Assembly (NCBI GenBank): GCA_965648905.1
Contig: CBFGIT010000031.1
Location: forward strand, 1-29,277
DNA length: 29,277 nt
Source: a candidate division WOR-3 bacterium
GTDB lineage: Bacteria; Hydrothermota; Tepidihabitantia; Tepidihabitantales; Tepidihabitantaceae
Direction: 5' to 3'
A program made the translations under genes and the position numbers. Each line of letters opens with the position of its first letter. The stretch's first letter is position 1. Below, piece by piece: positions 26,907 to 29,277 of the stretch. A model generated the notes under the pieces. It was not told the DNA's origin, did no database searches, and saw nothing but the letters and a program-made list of their open reading frames with translations.

Positions 26907-26943
26907 TTGACCCGGGTCAGGAGGGTAATATACTCAGACCATG
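26907..26943 (+). promoter_or_regulatory. Promoter giving a probably leaderless mRNA
   Basis: TTGACC-N16-TATACT-6 nt-ATG(26941). Confidence 0.7.
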
Positions 26944-27582
26944 CAGGGCATCCGTCTGGAACCCGCCCAGGACCTCCTCAGCAATCTTACCGTGCCTGAG
27001 CTGCGCCGGCTGGCAAAGTCGGCGCAGGCGTCGCTGCCCGCGTCGCCGTCCAAACAACGGCTGATTGACGCTGTCTCCCGGCATCTGGATCTGGACGAAA
27101 TCGTCCAGGAGATACCCAAGAGCCTGATGCGGGCGCGAGCCCGGCGACCGGTTACAGGACCGGAACGGCTTGACCGACTGCCGCCTCGTCACGGCGAGGC
27201 CGCGGTTCACGTCTACTCTCACTCCCGGCCGGCACTGGGTCATCTCCTGCTGCAGTGGCGAGAGCAATGCCTTGCGCTCGGGCTCAGGAACACGCCGCTG
27301 TTTCTTGAGAACCGCTGGCCGGTGATGGTCACCTCGGTCGGTACCAAGCCTCGGACGTACCTCCATGCTGCTTTTGTCCGGCCCGGCCGAATTCATCAGA
27401 GCGCTGAAGTCCCGCCGCCGCGGACCCGCCCTTACATGCTCGATGAGGGTGAGTACCAGTTGCGCAATTCCCGCCTGCGGCTGGAGCTGAAGCGGTCGGG
27501 ACCGATATCTTTCTCGGTGTCATTCTTGAGGAATCTGCCGCCTGCGGGCAGACCGCAGTACCTATTCGAGCCGATCGCCTGA
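26941..27582 (+). CDS. Hypothetical protein with SAP/Rho-N-like N-terminal motif
   Basis: LSNLTVPELRRLAK...SKQRLIDAV resembles helix-extension-helix nucleic-acid-binding motifs; matching promoter. Confidence 0.6.
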   Translation: MQGIRLEPAQDLLSNLTVPELRRLAKSAQASLPASPSKQRLIDAVSRHLDLDEIVQEIPKSLMRARARRPVTGPERLDRLPPRHGEAAVHVYSHSRPALGHLLLQWREQCLALGLRNTPLFLENRWPVMVTSVGTKPRTYLHAAFVRPGRIHQSAEVPPPRTRPYMLDEGEYQLRNSRLRLELKRSGPISFSVSFLRNLPPAGRPQYLFEPIA

Positions 27583-27641
27583 GTCGTTGTTCGCGCGTGA
27601 TGAGTTTCGGGTGATAAGCGATGGGCGATGAGTGACTCGCG

Positions 27642-28421
27642 ATGACCTTCTCGCTCATCGCGCTGGCGGTCGCTCCGGCTCTGGCCCTGTTTCTCTTCTT
27701 CTACCTGCGTAACCGCTACAAGCAGGAACCGCTGCGGCCGCTGGTCACGACCTTCCTTTACGGTGCGGTGGCCCTTGTTCCTTCAATGATGAACTCAATG
27801 GCCCTGCAGCGGCTGACCGGCTGGCACTCGAGCACGCCCAACGTTCTTCACTCTCTGCTGGGCGCGGTTTTCATTGTTGGCCTGGTCGAGGAAGGCTGCA
27901 AGTACCTTGTGGTGCGCTTCTACTCCTATCGGCTTCCCGGTTTCACCGAGCCGTACGACGGCATCATGTACTCAATCAGCGCGGCGCTCGGGTTCGCCGC
28001 GGTTGAGAACATCCTCTACGTTGTCTCGGGCGGGCCGGCGACCGGCGTGCTGCGTGCCGTGCTTTCAGTGCCGAGTCATGCGTTCAACGCCGTGCTGATG
28101 GGCTACTTTCTCGGTGAGGCCAAGTTCGCGCGCAGCGATGCAGCGGCCAACTGGTTGTCGCTGCTCGGGCTCGCGCTGGCAATCATCGCCCACGGCATCT
28201 ACGACTTCATTGTTTTCTCGCTCGACAAAGCGCCGCTGCTTGTCTTCCTGCTCGTGGTTTGTGCGGTGCTGTCCTGGATTATCATCCTCATTGCCACTCG
28301 CCGCCAGGCCGAGCAGTCGGCCCACAAACACCCACAACTCGTGGACCTGCACCAGCAGTCGGCCCGCGACGCGGCTGCGGCCCGAAAGAAGAGCCGAGAC
28401 GTCAACGGCCCGCTGAGTTGA
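27642..28421 (+). CDS. prsW: PrsW-family intramembrane metalloprotease
   Basis: VEEGCKY, EPYDGIMY, GFAAVENILY, SHA and HGIYD motifs. Confidence 0.92.
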   Translation: MTFSLIALAVAPALALFLFFYLRNRYKQEPLRPLVTTFLYGAVALVPSMMNSMALQRLTGWHSSTPNVLHSLLGAVFIVGLVEEGCKYLVVRFYSYRLPGFTEPYDGIMYSISAALGFAAVENILYVVSGGPATGVLRAVLSVPSHAFNAVLMGYFLGEAKFARSDAAANWLSLLGLALAIIAHGIYDFIVFSLDKAPLLVFLLVVCAVLSWIIILIATRRQAEQSAHKHPQLVDLHQQSARDAAAARKKSRDVNGPLS

Positions 28422-29037
28422 ACTCGGCGATGGCGTCGTCTGAGAACCGGTGATTGCCCAGGCTGAGCAGCACGTCGAGCGGCATGGTCAGGTGGTGAGC
28501 GCCGGCGATGGAGGCGCGTGCCGCCTCCTCTGCGGACTTGATGCTGGCTGCGACAATCTGGGTCCTTTTGCCGTACATCTCAACAATGGCGAACATCTCG
28601 GCCACCAGTTCGCACCCGTCGTCGCCGGTCAGCCTGGTAGTTCGGTTGACGTAAGGGATGACATAGCGGCATCCGGCCTCGCACGCAACCAGAGTCTGGG
28701 CGCCGCTGTAGACCGCGGTTGCGGCACAAGGAATGTCTTCTGACAGACGGGCGGCGAGCGCCAGGTTTTCGGTCGTGGCCGGAATCTTAAGCACGACCTT
28801 ATCCGGACAAATGGCGAAGAAATCCCGGGCTTCCTGCTCGCGCTCGAGCGGGGTCTTTCCGGTTACCTGGTAGAACACCGGCCCAGGCGACAGCTCACAG
28901 ATCTGCCTGATGACGTCTCTGCGGTCGTTCTTCACCCGAGCCATGATACTCGGGTTGGTTGTTACGCCGGAGACGAATCCGAGATTAACTGCCCGCTTCA
29001 CTTCCTCGATGTCCGCGCTATCCAGGAACAGGCTCAT
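28402..29037 (-). CDS. Transaldolase / fructose-6-phosphate aldolase family protein
   Basis: MSLFLDSAD...GVTTNPS...VLKIP...IPYVNR...AASIK; GGAGGT RBS before ATG 29037. Confidence 0.92.
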   Translation of the reverse strand: MSLFLDSADIEEVKRAVNLGFVSGVTTNPSIMARVKNDRRDVIRQICELSPGPVFYQVTGKTPLEREQEARDFFAICPDKVVLKIPATTENLALAARLSEDIPCAATAVYSGAQTLVACEAGCRYVIPYVNRTTRLTGDDGCELVAEMFAIVEMYGKRTQIVAASIKSAEEAARASIAGAHHLTMPLDVLLSLGNHRFSDDAIAEFNSAGR

Positions 29038-29117
29038 CCTACCTCCGAGTCGATGGGGCAAAGACCGATGCTTATCGGGATTTCGGTCAGCAACAGGGGC
29101 CTGAAGTGCATCGTCCG

Positions 29118-29145
29118 ATTGTAGGCGGCCCGGCCGCGGTGTCAA
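29118..29145 (-). promoter_or_regulatory. Sigma70-type promoter for the transaldolase gene
   Basis: TTGACA-N16-TACAAT. Confidence 0.65.
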
Positions 29146-29277
29146 GGTTATCGGGGACGCTACCCATTTGTAACTCATGTTGTCGATATGACGCCGTGGT
29201 CGTGAGGCGTGAGGCGAAGCCGGCTTGACCCACCCGAGTTCCGCAGCGTGAAGAAGGCGGCGTTGATGAGATAGCCG

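Noticed and set aside
29040..29117. Riboswitch in the transaldolase 5' UTR (GACCGA...TCGGTC hairpin)
   Set aside because: A single imperfect stem with no recognisable aptamer consensus.

Overview
GC-rich bacterial window. The T9SS-tailed Kelch/CARDB protein is of a type I associate with candidate division WOR-3 (FCB group); this is an inference. Positions 1-18.9 kb are an all-minus-strand arsenic/thiol-redox island. One operon runs arsR-arsM-ccdA-thioredoxin lipoprotein-arsP-USP-small thioredoxin-secreted Cys protein-TolC/MFP/RND-USP remnant-ferredoxin-thioredoxin-DGC-BFD-like-CPCC membrane protein. An upstream operon (predicted beta-barrel, Omp28-like lipoprotein, thioredoxin) carries a second copy of the putative ArsR operator. 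A complete 1,893-nt group II intron (9111-11003) sits 4 nt into a thioredoxin gene (ATGA|AAGTC), and its domain VI holds a Shine-Dalgarno plus an in-frame replacement ATG. That thioredoxin copy is truncated by a ~1 kb nitrilase-like cassette flanked by exact 56-bp direct repeats, with an intact copy downstream. The right part looks like ordinary chromosome (T9SS protein, ThiN, AIR-synthase-like, gamma-CA, PrsW, transaldolase). It also holds a probable unannotated secreted selenoprotein (24301-25191): an in-frame UGA followed after 11 nt by an fdhF-like SECIS hairpin and a T9SS C-terminal domain. All calls come from reading the sequence; no searches were run.
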